Below, one piece after another: positions 46,927 to 55,792 of a stretch of DNA of 64,000 nt. A program made the translations under genes and the position numbers. Numbering within the stretch: the stretch's first letter is position 1; each line of letters begins with the position of its first letter. The stretch is from a virus. Its lineage: Duplodnaviria; Heunggongvirae; Uroviricota; Caudoviricetes. Below the pieces are notes generated by a model, which saw only the letters and a list, made by a program, of their open reading frames with translations, was not told the DNA's origin and did no database searches. Location of the stretch: the IMG/VR virus record IMGVR_UViG_2778261503_000006; one strand, given 5' to 3'.

Positions 46927-47212
46927 TGGTTGCCTCCGCTTCCCACGTTTTCAGACTTTCACCACAGAATGGGCAAAATGAAACTCGAATAGGCGATTTA
47001 GAAAATTCACCAGACCGCAGCATGATCAGGTCTTGTGAATGAATTAATTCATGGTTATAGATTTTGTATTTCAGCAGACCTTTCCGCGTCGTGTATTCAG
47101 CATCCTGCTCCAGAGATTGTGCCAACGCCGCGCACGGTTCTATTTTTTTGTCATTAATCAAACAAGTGGAGATTCTGCACTTTGCAGCTCCGTCACCATT
47201 ACCTTGACTCAT
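46919..47212 (-). CDS. hypothetical small Cys-rich protein
   Basis: 97 aa; CPFCGES motif. Confidence 0.4.
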   Translation of the reverse strand: MSQGNGDGAAKCRISTCLINDKKIEPCAALAQSLEQDAEYTTRKGLLKYKIYNHELIHSQDLIMLRSGEFSKSPIRVSFCPFCGESLKTWEAEATSE

Positions 47213-47225
47213 TGCATTGCTCCCA

Positions 47226-48221
47226 TCAGTTATTGAACGTGATCACTCCGCGCTCAATGGCGAAGTCGAAAAGCTGGTTAGCGGCTACGTAAAGGCGTAT
47301 GCCATGTGCTTTTTCCCATGCCCGGACATCGTTTTCTGCGCTTCTGGCGCAGTCATCGCAAAGAGGAACAGTCCAGCGGTCGTGTTCGTTTAACGAGCGG
47401 GCGCGGTACATGAATGGGTGATTAACCTTGCCGCCGCAGCCTACACACGGGCGAGACACCACAAACCGGAGATAAGCCGGGCTTTTTCCGAGTAAGGTTT
47501 TTGGACGGCGCATATATAGGAGGCCAGAATCTTCATCGACGGACAGATTGACGATCTGCTCTGCGGAAATATCCACCAGCTCGCGGGTACTATGCTCCCA
47601 AGTAATATCCGACTCTTTCAGAGTGCCGGTAGGGATTTCAGTTTTTGGCTGACAAAATGCAATGCGACCAGCTTCATCAGGCAGTTCGTCTTTAAGATTC
47701 CGGCGAATGGCCCAAAAGGTGAGTTCAACCATGCTCAGATCGCGATCTGGCGGAAGTTTTAACTCGCTGGCAGCCCAGTTCATAATCCAGTTGGCGCGAT
47801 TCAGTGACAGTTGGTCTTCCAGCTTGCCGTATCCCTTCATCATGTATTCCGCATCATGCTTCCAGCACAGGCGAACGGCAGAACCGTTATAGAAATGGGT
47901 GGTTAGCTGGTGGCTGCAATCGCGCTTATCATGCACCTGGCAATCGTGAATGTTGGTGCTAACCCAGTGAACGAGAGAATCCTCACCACCTAACGCGTTA
48001 AATACGCGCTCACTTTGAAAAAAGGGTGCCAGTGACTGGTTGGCAACCAGTGAATAATTCAGGTCAACGACACCATCAGGGGTGTTTTCAGCCTGTTCAC
48101 GCGGCAATGGGGATATAAGAAAACGGCGTCCTGCGCCGATGTAATTGCTGGTGGGCTTATCTACAGGAAAGACAGCCACACCAGTTTCATTTACGACATA
48201 TGGGGTGATTATTGCACTCAT
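47226..48221 (-). CDS. hypothetical protein with C-terminal Cys/His zinc-finger-like motifs (DUF968-like impression)
   Basis: 331 aa; CVGCGGKVNHPFMYRARS...DRWTVPLCDDCA; operator-like motif pair upstream. Confidence 0.5.
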   Translation of the reverse strand: MSAIITPYVVNETGVAVFPVDKPTSNYIGAGRRFLISPLPREQAENTPDGVVDLNYSLVANQSLAPFFQSERVFNALGGEDSLVHWVSTNIHDCQVHDKRDCSHQLTTHFYNGSAVRLCWKHDAEYMMKGYGKLEDQLSLNRANWIMNWAASELKLPPDRDLSMVELTFWAIRRNLKDELPDEAGRIAFCQPKTEIPTGTLKESDITWEHSTRELVDISAEQIVNLSVDEDSGLLYMRRPKTLLGKSPAYLRFVVSRPCVGCGGKVNHPFMYRARSLNEHDRWTVPLCDDCARSAENDVRAWEKAHGIRLYVAANQLFDFAIERGVITFNN

Positions 48222-48260
48222 AATGCATACCGACTCTGTTTTGTTCCGATCGGTAAAATA

Positions 48261-48293
48261 ATATGTTAGAAAACTAAAATCAATGTTCTAACG
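48261..48293 (+). promoter_or_regulatory. operator-like motif pair in inverted orientation (atatgttagaaaactaaaatc / aatgttctaacg)
   Basis: 40-70 bp upstream of minus-strand gene starting at 48221. Confidence 0.45.
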
Positions 48294-48449
48294 TGATTTT
48301 GAGTGCGTAAATGATTTGATCAGACTTTAAGCTGCCCTCCCTTCACCTGCATTAGCGTCAGATTTCCGCTAAAAACCGCGCCCGTGTCTAGTTTCTATAG
48401 CCAGAACCATCAATACGGCTATATAAATTCACTTCATGCAGAGCCTGGG

Positions 48450-48761
48450 TCATGCGGCAACCTTCTCACGCAGCCAGATACAAACCGGACCATCTTCAGT
48501 GTCATGAATAGAGCCAACAAACCAGCCTTCACCCTCTGGTCGCTCCGGTTCCCAGGCGGCAATATCGGGACCAGCTGCGTCCAGATCAAAATCATCTTCA
48601 TCCATACTGCGAATAGTCCACTGAAGATTATTTTCCTTCATCCAGGCGTCAAATTCCTCAGTGGAAATATATTCACGACCTGCGCAAAACTTCTCATACT
48701 CCGGATGTGTCCAGCAGCCATATTCATCACGTTCTACCGGCATTTCTTTAATTGTGTTCAC
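48450..48761 (-). CDS. hypothetical acidic protein
   Basis: 103-aa ORF. Confidence 0.4.
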   Translation of the reverse strand: MNTIKEMPVERDEYGCWTHPEYEKFCAGREYISTEEFDAWMKENNLQWTIRSMDEDDFDLDAAGPDIAAWEPERPEGEGWFVGSIHDTEDGPVCIWLREKVAA

Positions 48762-48982
48762 TCTTCATCCTCCAAATCAGCAACCGCGTCCATCACATCA
48801 GAACCGCGAATAACTTCAAAAGCGCGGCAGGCCATTTGAAATACCCGTTGCTCTTGCGGGTGCGGAGACTCCCAATATTTGAAGCCTGGGCGATGCGTGT
48901 ACCCCATCATGGAATAAAAATCGCCAGCAAGTTCAATCGCGGCATCAACAAGTTCGCGATTTGTCATCGTCTGTTCTGTCAT
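48758..48982 (-). CDS. hypothetical small protein
   Basis: 74-aa ORF, overlapping stop/start with neighbours. Confidence 0.4.
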   Translation of the reverse strand: MTEQTMTNRELVDAAIELAGDFYSMMGYTHRPGFKYWESPHPQEQRVFQMACRAFEVIRGSDVMDAVADLEDEE

Positions 48983-49254
48983 TTGGTTTTCTCCTGTCTG
49001 AACATCACTATCATCAGGTCGCCTTTTGTCGCTATTCTGGCTGTTGTGCCTGGTTCAATGCGGCTAAGTTCAAATGCGTCATAGAACGCTTCTAATGCCT
49101 TCTGGCGTAGTTCCTGTTTGCGCCGTTTTTTCCACTCTTTTAGGAAAATGGAACCCAGCCATCGCCAGGTACGGGACATGATGTAAAGCCAACCAAGAAG
49201 TGCCAGACCGGTATTTAGGGCCGTATCGAGCGTTATCGTGGTGTCGATATTCAC
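48979..49254 (-). CDS. hypothetical small membrane-anchored protein
   Basis: 91 aa; LALLGWLYIM hydrophobic segment. Confidence 0.4.
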   Translation of the reverse strand: MNIDTTITLDTALNTGLALLGWLYIMSRTWRWLGSIFLKEWKKRRKQELRQKALEAFYDAFELSRIEPGTTARIATKGDLMIVMFRQEKTK

Positions 49255-49499
49255 TGTGGTGGTTCCTGCTTTTCTGCCTTCAATACCATGCGAGAACCAT
49301 CATCCAGCTCCCAATTAATTTCACCGCCTTCTGCCATGACCAGATGCCAGACGAGTTGAGCGGCCTCGTTGGTTACATCACGACCGCGATCATTGCCAAC
49401 ACGACGTTTTGTTCCATCCCCTAAGTCACGCATTTTTGCCAACACGATGGTTTTTGATAGCGGTGAAAAACCAAGCTGTAGTCGTGCGGTATTACTCAC
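49251..49499 (-). CDS. hypothetical small protein
   Basis: 82-aa ORF. Confidence 0.4.
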   Translation of the reverse strand: MSNTARLQLGFSPLSKTIVLAKMRDLGDGTKRRVGNDRGRDVTNEAAQLVWHLVMAEGGEINWELDDGSRMVLKAEKQEPPQ

Positions 49500-49502
49500 T
49501 GT

Positions 49503-50006
49503 TTACCTTCCTTTTCTAAGCTGTTCGGCGATATCTTCGAGAACGCCATCAGAGAATGAGCGGTCAAAATCGCCTTCCCGCGCATTAGCCATAAACTCAG
49601 TAGAGGTAAGAATCATCCGGGCAATATCCGCGGCGTTCTTCGCAGTATCATCAATAAAACCAGCTTCCCAAGCAGCCAGCATCCTGTTCGCCACAAAGTA
49701 AGCGCCCTCCTTGCGTGCTTCAGTCTTCACTTCATCCAGGAAAGTGTCGGTCGCAGGAGTGGTTTTTTGTGGTGATAGGGCGAGACGAATTGTTTCGAGA
49801 GCTGGATCTATTTCCACTGTTGGCACCTTGATAAAGCCAAGCTGCACGCCATTCATAATGAACGTGCGGCGATCCTCACATATCGCATTCAGTCTCGCAT
49901 TCTCCGCCGCCAGCGCAGCACACGCTTTCTCAAGTCGGGAAATTTCCGTTACATACTCAGCGTTACGCTCTGCCAGTTGTGCTGGCGTTAAACCTTCAGA
50001 CTTCAT
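49503..50006 (-). CDS. Ea22-like C-terminal-module protein
   Basis: 167 aa; DTFLDEVKTEARKEGAYFVANRMLAAWEAGFID parallels the C-terminus of 45572..46294. Confidence 0.45.
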   Translation of the reverse strand: MKSEGLTPAQLAERNAEYVTEISRLEKACAALAAENARLNAICEDRRTFIMNGVQLGFIKVPTVEIDPALETIRLALSPQKTTPATDTFLDEVKTEARKEGAYFVANRMLAAWEAGFIDDTAKNAADIARMILTSTEFMANAREGDFDRSFSDGVLEDIAEQLRKGR

Positions 50007-50313
50007 GTACTCTCCTTTCGAAATAAACGTACTGATTAATCATGCCCAGGGGCATTTCGAGTTTTTCCGCGATCTCACGGCGGGGAACACCACACTGATG
50101 AAGCTGCCGCGCCAGTTCTATATCGCTCTGCCGGAATTTGGCTGACGGATGAAAGTCTCCTTTCAGAATCATGCTGATCCCCAACTCCCGCGCTTTAGTC
50201 CTGACGGCATCACCGGTACGACCGATCAGCTTCCCAATACTCTCGACCGTCATAGTTCCGGCGCACTGGCGGAGTATCATGATTTCTGCCCTTCCCCATC
50301 CCCGCCAGCTCAC
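49996..50313 (-). CDS. small DNA-binding protein (HTH-like)
   Basis: 105 aa; IGKLIGRTGDAVRTKAREL and RREIAEKLEM helix-turn-helix-like segments. Confidence 0.4.
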   Translation of the reverse strand: MSWRGWGRAEIMILRQCAGTMTVESIGKLIGRTGDAVRTKARELGISMILKGDFHPSAKFRQSDIELARQLHQCGVPRREIAEKLEMPLGMINQYVYFERRVHEV

Positions 50314-50921
50314 GCAGAACTCCTTCTAACCAAAAGAACGCCATCTTCAGAAACAACGTTGCAGGACTTCAGGTAATTCATTGCCTCTTTCGGTAATGGA
50401 TTCTTTGGATCGGCGTTTGCCAGGGATTTCGATAACCTCATGATAAATTTGATCATTACCTTCTGGCGGAGCTTGTGCTCATGAGATAAAGACAGGTAAT
50501 AGGAAATGGTATGGGCTAAACGCTCACGAAGCTGTTCTGTGCCGTGATATACAGCAGCGATATCACGCAGTGCATTGACCAGTTCCCGGTAAATATGCGG
50601 AGCAACCTGGCATTCAATGTTGGTTGGTGACTCATAAATTACAGTCAGCCCCAGCTTTTCAGCCAGCGCGTGCTCTGCGCGAGCACCAACCGATTCTTCC
50701 CATCGATTGAGCAAGTAGATCGCATCAGCAGAACGCACCATTGCCAGGCAAATATCCATGTATTCACTCTGACAAAGGCCACCAGGTAACATAGCTGGAT
50801 TCAGAACGATATGCCCTTCAGCCATCAACTCGCTCGCTTTCGCATTAAACGCCGCACGGTTGTAATCTGGATAACCAGTCATCGGCCCCGCGATGTAAAT
50901 TTTCAAAACACGTTTCACCAT
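50310..50921 (-). CDS. DUF4406-like (nucleoside 2-deoxyribosyltransferase-like) N-terminal domain protein
   Basis: start set at ATG 50921 (MVKRVLKIYIAGPMTG...); KIYIAGPMTG motif. Confidence 0.5.
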   Translation of the reverse strand: MVKRVLKIYIAGPMTGYPDYNRAAFNAKASELMAEGHIVLNPAMLPGGLCQSEYMDICLAMVRSADAIYLLNRWEESVGARAEHALAEKLGLTVIYESPTNIECQVAPHIYRELVNALRDIAAVYHGTEQLRERLAHTISYYLSLSHEHKLRQKVMIKFIMRLSKSLANADPKNPLPKEAMNYLKSCNVVSEDGVLLVRRSSA

Positions 50922-51073
50922 CAAAATTTCCCCAGAATCGTGACGCAAAACATAAGCACTGCGAAAAGCTCAATACCAAGCTCAAGTAGCGCCAACGCCC
51001 CGAAAAACAACACATAGAACAGGCCAATCTCATTCACAGATGGCTGGTGGATCGCACTTAAAGCTATAAGCAT
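50921..51073 (-). CDS. candidate 50-aa hydrophobic peptide (below the track's size cut-off)
   Basis: manual translation MMLIALSAIHQPSVNEIGLFYVLFFGALALLELGIELFAVLMFCVTILGKF; GGAGGA RBS; stop overlaps next ATG (TGATG). Confidence 0.25.
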   Translation of the reverse strand: MLIALSAIHQPSVNEIGLFYVLFFGALALLELGIELFAVLMFCVTILGKF

Positions 51074-51113
51074 CATGTCCTCCAAACAGTTATCAGGAAT
51101 GATATTAATGTTT

Positions 51114-51146
51114 TGTGTTAGAAAATCAATTTTGAATATCTAACCA
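51114..51146 (+). promoter_or_regulatory. operator-like motif pair (tgtgttagaaaatcaatttt plus inverted variant atatctaacc) in a divergent promoter region
   Basis: between minus-strand operon ending 51073 and plus-strand gene at 51194. Confidence 0.45.
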
Positions 51147-51193
51147 TTTTGATCAATCATAGAAAAATCGTTGAAAAGTAAGAGACTGCCATC

Positions 51194-51772
51194 ATGCAGA
51201 AACAGAGTTATTGGGAGAAACAGAGACAAAAAGCCATGCAAAAATTGGCTGACCCGGCCTGGCGAGAGGAACAAAGGGCAAAGCGCCTTCAACAAGCTCA
51301 ACGCCAGCAGCAGCGAGCGAGAGAAAAAGCCGCATCGCCTGAATATCGGCAAAAGAAAATTGAAAAAGCAAAGCAATATGAACAGCGGAGAAAAGATAAA
51401 GCTGTATCCGCTCCGTCCAAAAAAACACGCACGTCACGCGGCCTGAAAGGCAGATCACTCACAGCCGATGAACGCCGGATACAGACCGCTATCGGTGCTC
51501 TCCCCTGCATTGCCTGCCATATTCACGGGCAACATAGCCCAGTGGTATCCCTGCACCATATCTTCGGGAGAACGGCAGAGAACGCGCATAAATATGTCCT
51601 CCCTTTGTGTAAATGGCACCACCAGTACGCAGCGCCAGCCGAGGTCAGAGAACAATATCCCTGGCTGGTCCCTGTTCATGCTGACGGAAAAATAGGCGGA
51701 AAAGCAGATTTCATGCGGCACAATGCCGATGAAATGACGTTGTATCAGATGGCGATTGAGTTGATAAATTAG
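51194..51772 (+). CDS. ref: Ref-like HNH-family nuclease with basic disordered N-terminus
   Basis: 192 aa; K/R/Q-rich first ~80 aa then Cys/His cluster LPCIACHIHG...SLHHIFGR...LPLCKWHHQ. Confidence 0.55.
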   Translation: MQKQSYWEKQRQKAMQKLADPAWREEQRAKRLQQAQRQQQRAREKAASPEYRQKKIEKAKQYEQRRKDKAVSAPSKKTRTSRGLKGRSLTADERRIQTAIGALPCIACHIHGQHSPVVSLHHIFGRTAENAHKYVLPLCKWHHQYAAPAEVREQYPWLVPVHADGKIGGKADFMRHNADEMTLYQMAIELIN

Positions 51773-51787
51773 TTTTCTAACATTTTA
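51767..51787 (-). promoter_or_regulatory. operator-like motif (aaattagttttctaacatttt)
   Basis: overlaps the Ref-like gene stop. Confidence 0.4.
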
Positions 51788-52103
51788 AGTTGAATTGAAA
51801 AACTCTCCGATGTACATTCACTACCGATTGGCACACCGGTCAACTTTTTGAGACAAACTGTTTAGTTTTTCGTATTATTGCCTCCGCCATACCTATGGCG
51901 GTGCAATATAGGTGGCTGAAAAGCCCCCGTTGACTCACGGTGTTCCAGCCTTTATTGCGCCGCCACCAGACCGTGGAACAGTCGATGGCGGCTCCGAAAG
52001 CAAGGAGTCACAACACTATGAACAACTACAGTCTTTTCCCATCACTCGTCTTCCACCACTCACGCGATAATCTGCATTCTTTACTCGCGCTGGAGGTGTC
52101 AAA

Positions 52104-52271
52104 ATGACGGTTCGCTACCTCAACTTTCAAATCAAGAACATTACTGGCGGTTGCTATGACTGGTTTGTCACTCTCGGAAAAGAAGTGATCACCGGGAAGC
52201 TGGATGAAGTGAAAGCTAAAGCAATGGCCTACGCCTGCAAGCAAGCCCGGAAGAAATCCGCCAAAGCATAA
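52104..52271 (+). CDS. candidate 55-aa small protein
   Basis: ATG 52104 with GGAGGTG RBS; below track size cut-off. Confidence 0.3.
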   Translation: MTVRYLNFQIKNITGGCYDWFVTLGKEVITGKLDEVKAKAMAYACKQARKKSAKA

Positions 52272-52376
52272 AATACTGACTGTTGCGCCCTGGCATTATC
52301 GTGGGGTATATTTCTACGGCACCTTAGAAAAACGGGTGCCGGGATTGAGACCCCGGATAATGCAAAAGGCGACACA

Positions 52377-52398
52377 GACGCCGAAAGCGTCTTTTTTT
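52377..52398 (+). terminator. rho-independent terminator
   Basis: gacgccgaaagcgtc followed by ttttttt. Confidence 0.7.
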
Positions 52399-52447
52399 GT
52401 GTCATGCCATCGCACAGCCATACGTAGCGTATAGCTCCAAGATCAAT

Positions 52448-52523
52448 GGTAGTGCTGGCTGGGCTGCCGAAAGGCAGGCCGGTTCCCTTTTGCGCCGGTA
52501 GTCTCAACCCAGCCAGTGCTACC
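52448..52523 (+). ncRNA. candidate structured antisense-type RNA upstream of the icd-like gene (c4-like by analogy); unverified
   Basis: 16-bp outer stem ggtagtgctggctggg/cccagccagtgctacc enclosing two hairpins. Confidence 0.3.
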
Positions 52524-52583
52524 GCCATTGAGATTGAGACCTCACGCGGTAGCTCCTTAAATTAGCAAAAGGAGGCTGCCAAT

Positions 52584-52799
52584 ATGGCTACTATCCCTAC
52601 CCCAACTCATTCTGAATTTATCTGGCGTTTCTATTCCTGCCAAAAGCACCTGTATATCTGCGTCATGGCTGCTACCGAATCAGAGGCGCGCTCATACCTT
52701 CCCGAAGAACCCTGCATTTTTGCTGCTCGCTTCACTCTTGATGCGATGGAGATCCTCAATTACTGGAATCTGCCGATGAACTGCGTGGAGGTGCGCTGA
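52584..52799 (+). CDS. icd: Icd-like small protein (second copy)
   Basis: 71 aa; SEFIWRFYSCQKH...AATESEARSYLPEEPCIFAARF; TGATG overlap with the ant gene. Confidence 0.55.
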   Translation: MATIPTPTHSEFIWRFYSCQKHLYICVMAATESEARSYLPEEPCIFAARFTLDAMEILNYWNLPMNCVEVR

Positions 52800-53740
52800 T
52801 GAATCTGTCCATCTCTCAAAAAGCGACAATGACCAGCATTGAGATCGCGGAGCTGGTAGGAAGTCGCCCAGATAGTGTGAAGAGAACTATCGAAACACTG
52901 GCTAAAAAGAGTGTGATCCAATTTCCACAATCTGTGGAAATTGAAAATAAACAATCAGTTGGCCCTCGTCGATTTTCCAAGGCTTACATCTTTGAAGGCG
53001 AACAAGGAAAACGAGACAGCATCATTGTCGTCGCGCAGCTCTCTCCGGAATTCACCGCCCGGCTGGTGGACCGCTGGCGCGAACTGGAGAATGCCCGGGT
53101 ACAGTTAAAATCAAAAGCCGAAATCCTGGCTGAAATGGCGCAAATGCATCTTGAGCATGAACGCCGGATCAACGCCGTAAATGCCCAGGTAGCCGAGGTA
53201 TCAGCACAAGTATCGATGGTCGCTGAAACCGTCGAGCAAATAAAGAAAGGCAATATTCCGGAAGGCTACATTGGCTACCGCCAGTTGGCGGCGAAATGTG
53301 GCCTGACTGAAGCCAAATGTCGCAACCTGGTTAACGCTTACCGGATTCCCACCGATACGCATGAGTTTTTAACTCCAGATGGTTTGCTTGCGCGACGCTC
53401 CATTGTGGCCCTGGCCCCCTTCCGGAAAGCCTTTAAGCAGGTGATGTCAGAGGCAGAACCACGCAATAAACGCTGGTATCATCCAAAGATGGGGATGTTT
53501 CAGGCAATCCACCATCCTGTGCCTGAAAGTCCAAAGGCAAACCTGTCGTTGCATACCGCCAGAGAGAGGATTAAAACAGGCTATGCAATCGTATGCCGTC
53601 GAGCATCCTGGCCTGAAGGTGTATGGGTGTGGCCCGAAGGTGGATCACGAAAGCACTGGCGCACTATCCGGGATGGGAAAATCCATGCGATTGATTTAGC
53701 TCCAGAGGATGTTGTTGCTACGGACTGGATTGTTAGTTAA
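52799..53740 (+). CDS. ant: phage antirepressor (Rha/Ant family) fused to a C-terminal DUF2829-like domain
   Basis: 313 aa; N-terminal MTSIEIAELVGSRPDSVKRTIE; C-terminal YAIVCRRASWPEGVWVWPE...ATDWIVS equals the separate 66-aa ORF of the first copy. Confidence 0.7.
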   Translation: MNLSISQKATMTSIEIAELVGSRPDSVKRTIETLAKKSVIQFPQSVEIENKQSVGPRRFSKAYIFEGEQGKRDSIIVVAQLSPEFTARLVDRWRELENARVQLKSKAEILAEMAQMHLEHERRINAVNAQVAEVSAQVSMVAETVEQIKKGNIPEGYIGYRQLAAKCGLTEAKCRNLVNAYRIPTDTHEFLTPDGLLARRSIVALAPFRKAFKQVMSEAEPRNKRWYHPKMGMFQAIHHPVPESPKANLSLHTARERIKTGYAIVCRRASWPEGVWVWPEGGSRKHWRTIRDGKIHAIDLAPEDVVATDWIVS

Positions 53741-53799
53741 TTACTGTTGCCCCGGCCTGTCCGGGGCTTTAACTACTAAATAACCGGATTCTCCGCACG

Positions 53800-54087
53800 A
53801 TGAAGAAAATAGATTTCACTTACTCTGCTGCCACAATCCAGCGACGTTTCAGTCTCATAAGGGAAGTGGAACTATCAAAAAACTGCTATCAAATTCTACT
53901 GGATGAAGAGTTTTCACTGATGGTTATAGCAGAAAAATTGGCTATGCCGAATGACCGACACAAGGTCATAGCCAGCCTCGATCTGGTGACAAACAGATAC
54001 TGGGAGACAGAGGAACTACATGAAGCGGGAGTAATTCGTGGCCTGATGGAGAATTCCGTTCCCCGTCGTTATAGTGTGATGAGCTAA
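53800..54087 (+). CDS. hypothetical protein
   Basis: 95-aa ORF. Confidence 0.4.
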   Translation: MKKIDFTYSAATIQRRFSLIREVELSKNCYQILLDEEFSLMVIAEKLAMPNDRHKVIASLDLVTNRYWETEELHEAGVIRGLMENSVPRRYSVMS

Positions 54088-54413
54088 AACTCACCTGCAC
54101 ACCGTCAGGCCCAACGCAAATAAATGAAACATCCCGCTCTTGGTGTTTCAGTGAAATAGCTCATTTTTAGCTTGGAAGCAACTTGATTATGAGCTAAGCC
54201 TGACATACACTTCAGCGAGAAAATGATCAAGTTAAAGACACAAAAGCTCTGTTTTAACAGAGCTTTTGTGTCTTTAAAACATAGATATCATGCCATATAT
54301 AGTGCCAAAATTAGTTTTAGACACTATATATATTATAAAAGGTAAAAACCGCTTCTACTTTTAACATCCACAGAAAAAAGAAAGCGGTTATAGATAAGGG
54401 AAAAGGAGGGGTT

Positions 54414-54719
54414 ATGCTCTATGCGGTTCCTCAGCAAGCTTCTGATTCTTTGAAGTTAATCAAGACTGTACTTCAGCTTATAGCATCTCAACAAGAAGTG
54501 TCACAGCAGTTAAAGTTACGGGTTTATGAGGTGATCAGAGAAGCCTCAAACTTAAGTGTAGATAAAGGTGATCAATTACAGATTCCTTCTCACAGAGAGT
54601 CCATCTCGCTCGCGGTAGAGATACGCCACACTAAGGCGCTCGCCCAGGTGCTAACCAAAGTAACTAGCGAAGATATGTTAGAACCCGTAATGGCCCGGAA
54701 TGTATTAGAGTACATTTAA
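54414..54719 (+). CDS. small helical protein, first gene of AT-rich three-gene operon
   Basis: 101 aa; ATG 54414 with AAAAGGAGGGG RBS. Confidence 0.5.
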   Translation: MLYAVPQQASDSLKLIKTVLQLIASQQEVSQQLKLRVYEVIREASNLSVDKGDQLQIPSHRESISLAVEIRHTKALAQVLTKVTSEDMLEPVMARNVLEYI

Positions 54720-55792
54720 TGCTTGCATTTACACAACTTACATTAGTTCGAAATAAGCTAAGGGAGATATCAGAATCTCCCTATTTTTCTAAAGACATGC
54801 ATGAATATCTTGCTGTTCTACAAGAAGCGGTAGATAAGCTCTATGAAAACCATGTGAATGTTGCTGATAAAATAATTGCGGATTGTACTTTTTTTATCAC
54901 CGATGCAGTTAATTTTTTCACTGGCAGTACTACAAAGAAAATTCCCTACGAGATTGTTTATTGCTTAAATGATGCCTGTAAAAAATGGATAAGTGAAAAA
55001 ACACTTATAACCACAGCCCTATCTCCAGATATGCATGGGTTTTATTTTAAGTCTGTAAACAAGAATTTGTATTCTTTATTTGATGAAGTTTTAAATGTCA
55101 AATTCGAGGTCGAATTAATTCAGATTTCATTACCTGAAATGTACAGAAGACGACCATTATGCTCTATACCTTTATATCACGAATTGGGACATTTCGTTGA
55201 TATTAGCAAAGGTATTTCTGAGCTTGCCTGTCTTAACTATCGTTCCAAGGACAAAGGCACACTTCCAGGACCAGAATGGAGTAATCTACCTGATGTTATT
55301 TGGATAAATCATTGCAGAGAATATTTTGCAGATCTATTTAGTGCCCAATTTATTGGAAAAAGTGGGGTAGATTTCTTATACAAATTAGCTGGCTCTCATC
55401 CTGCAAGCTATACTCACCCATCCACAGAAGATAGAGTTAAAATTGTAAGCGACTTTTTGAACAAAGTGGAAAATCCAGTTGTTGGCATGTTCAATGCTGT
55501 GATATCAGCCTTACATAAGGGTGGGCAGATTATTTCTCCTTGTTTGACATTGCCGACACCTTTGCTTGATGTGAAATCAGCTTTTGATAATGTGCGTCCT
55601 TTTGTTATTCGCGACCACAATGAAATGCATGCTTTTATTAACAGCAGCTGGCAGTACTTATGCTCTGAATGGGAAAAACCTACGGGTATATGGTCTGGGT
55701 TGTCAAAAGAAGCCATAGAAAAAACTATAAATGATTTGGTTGAAAAATCGATTCGAAACGTAATGATTCTTGAAAAATGGAGTGCACAATGA
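54719..55792 (+). CDS. HExxH zinc-metallopeptidase-like protein
   Basis: 357 aa; HELGH at nt 55178-55192; AT-rich; translationally coupled to both neighbours. Confidence 0.6.
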   Translation: MLAFTQLTLVRNKLREISESPYFSKDMHEYLAVLQEAVDKLYENHVNVADKIIADCTFFITDAVNFFTGSTTKKIPYEIVYCLNDACKKWISEKTLITTALSPDMHGFYFKSVNKNLYSLFDEVLNVKFEVELIQISLPEMYRRRPLCSIPLYHELGHFVDISKGISELACLNYRSKDKGTLPGPEWSNLPDVIWINHCREYFADLFSAQFIGKSGVDFLYKLAGSHPASYTHPSTEDRVKIVSDFLNKVENPVVGMFNAVISALHKGGQIISPCLTLPTPLLDVKSAFDNVRPFVIRDHNEMHAFINSSWQYLCSEWEKPTGIWSGLSKEAIEKTINDLVEKSIRNVMILEKWSAQ

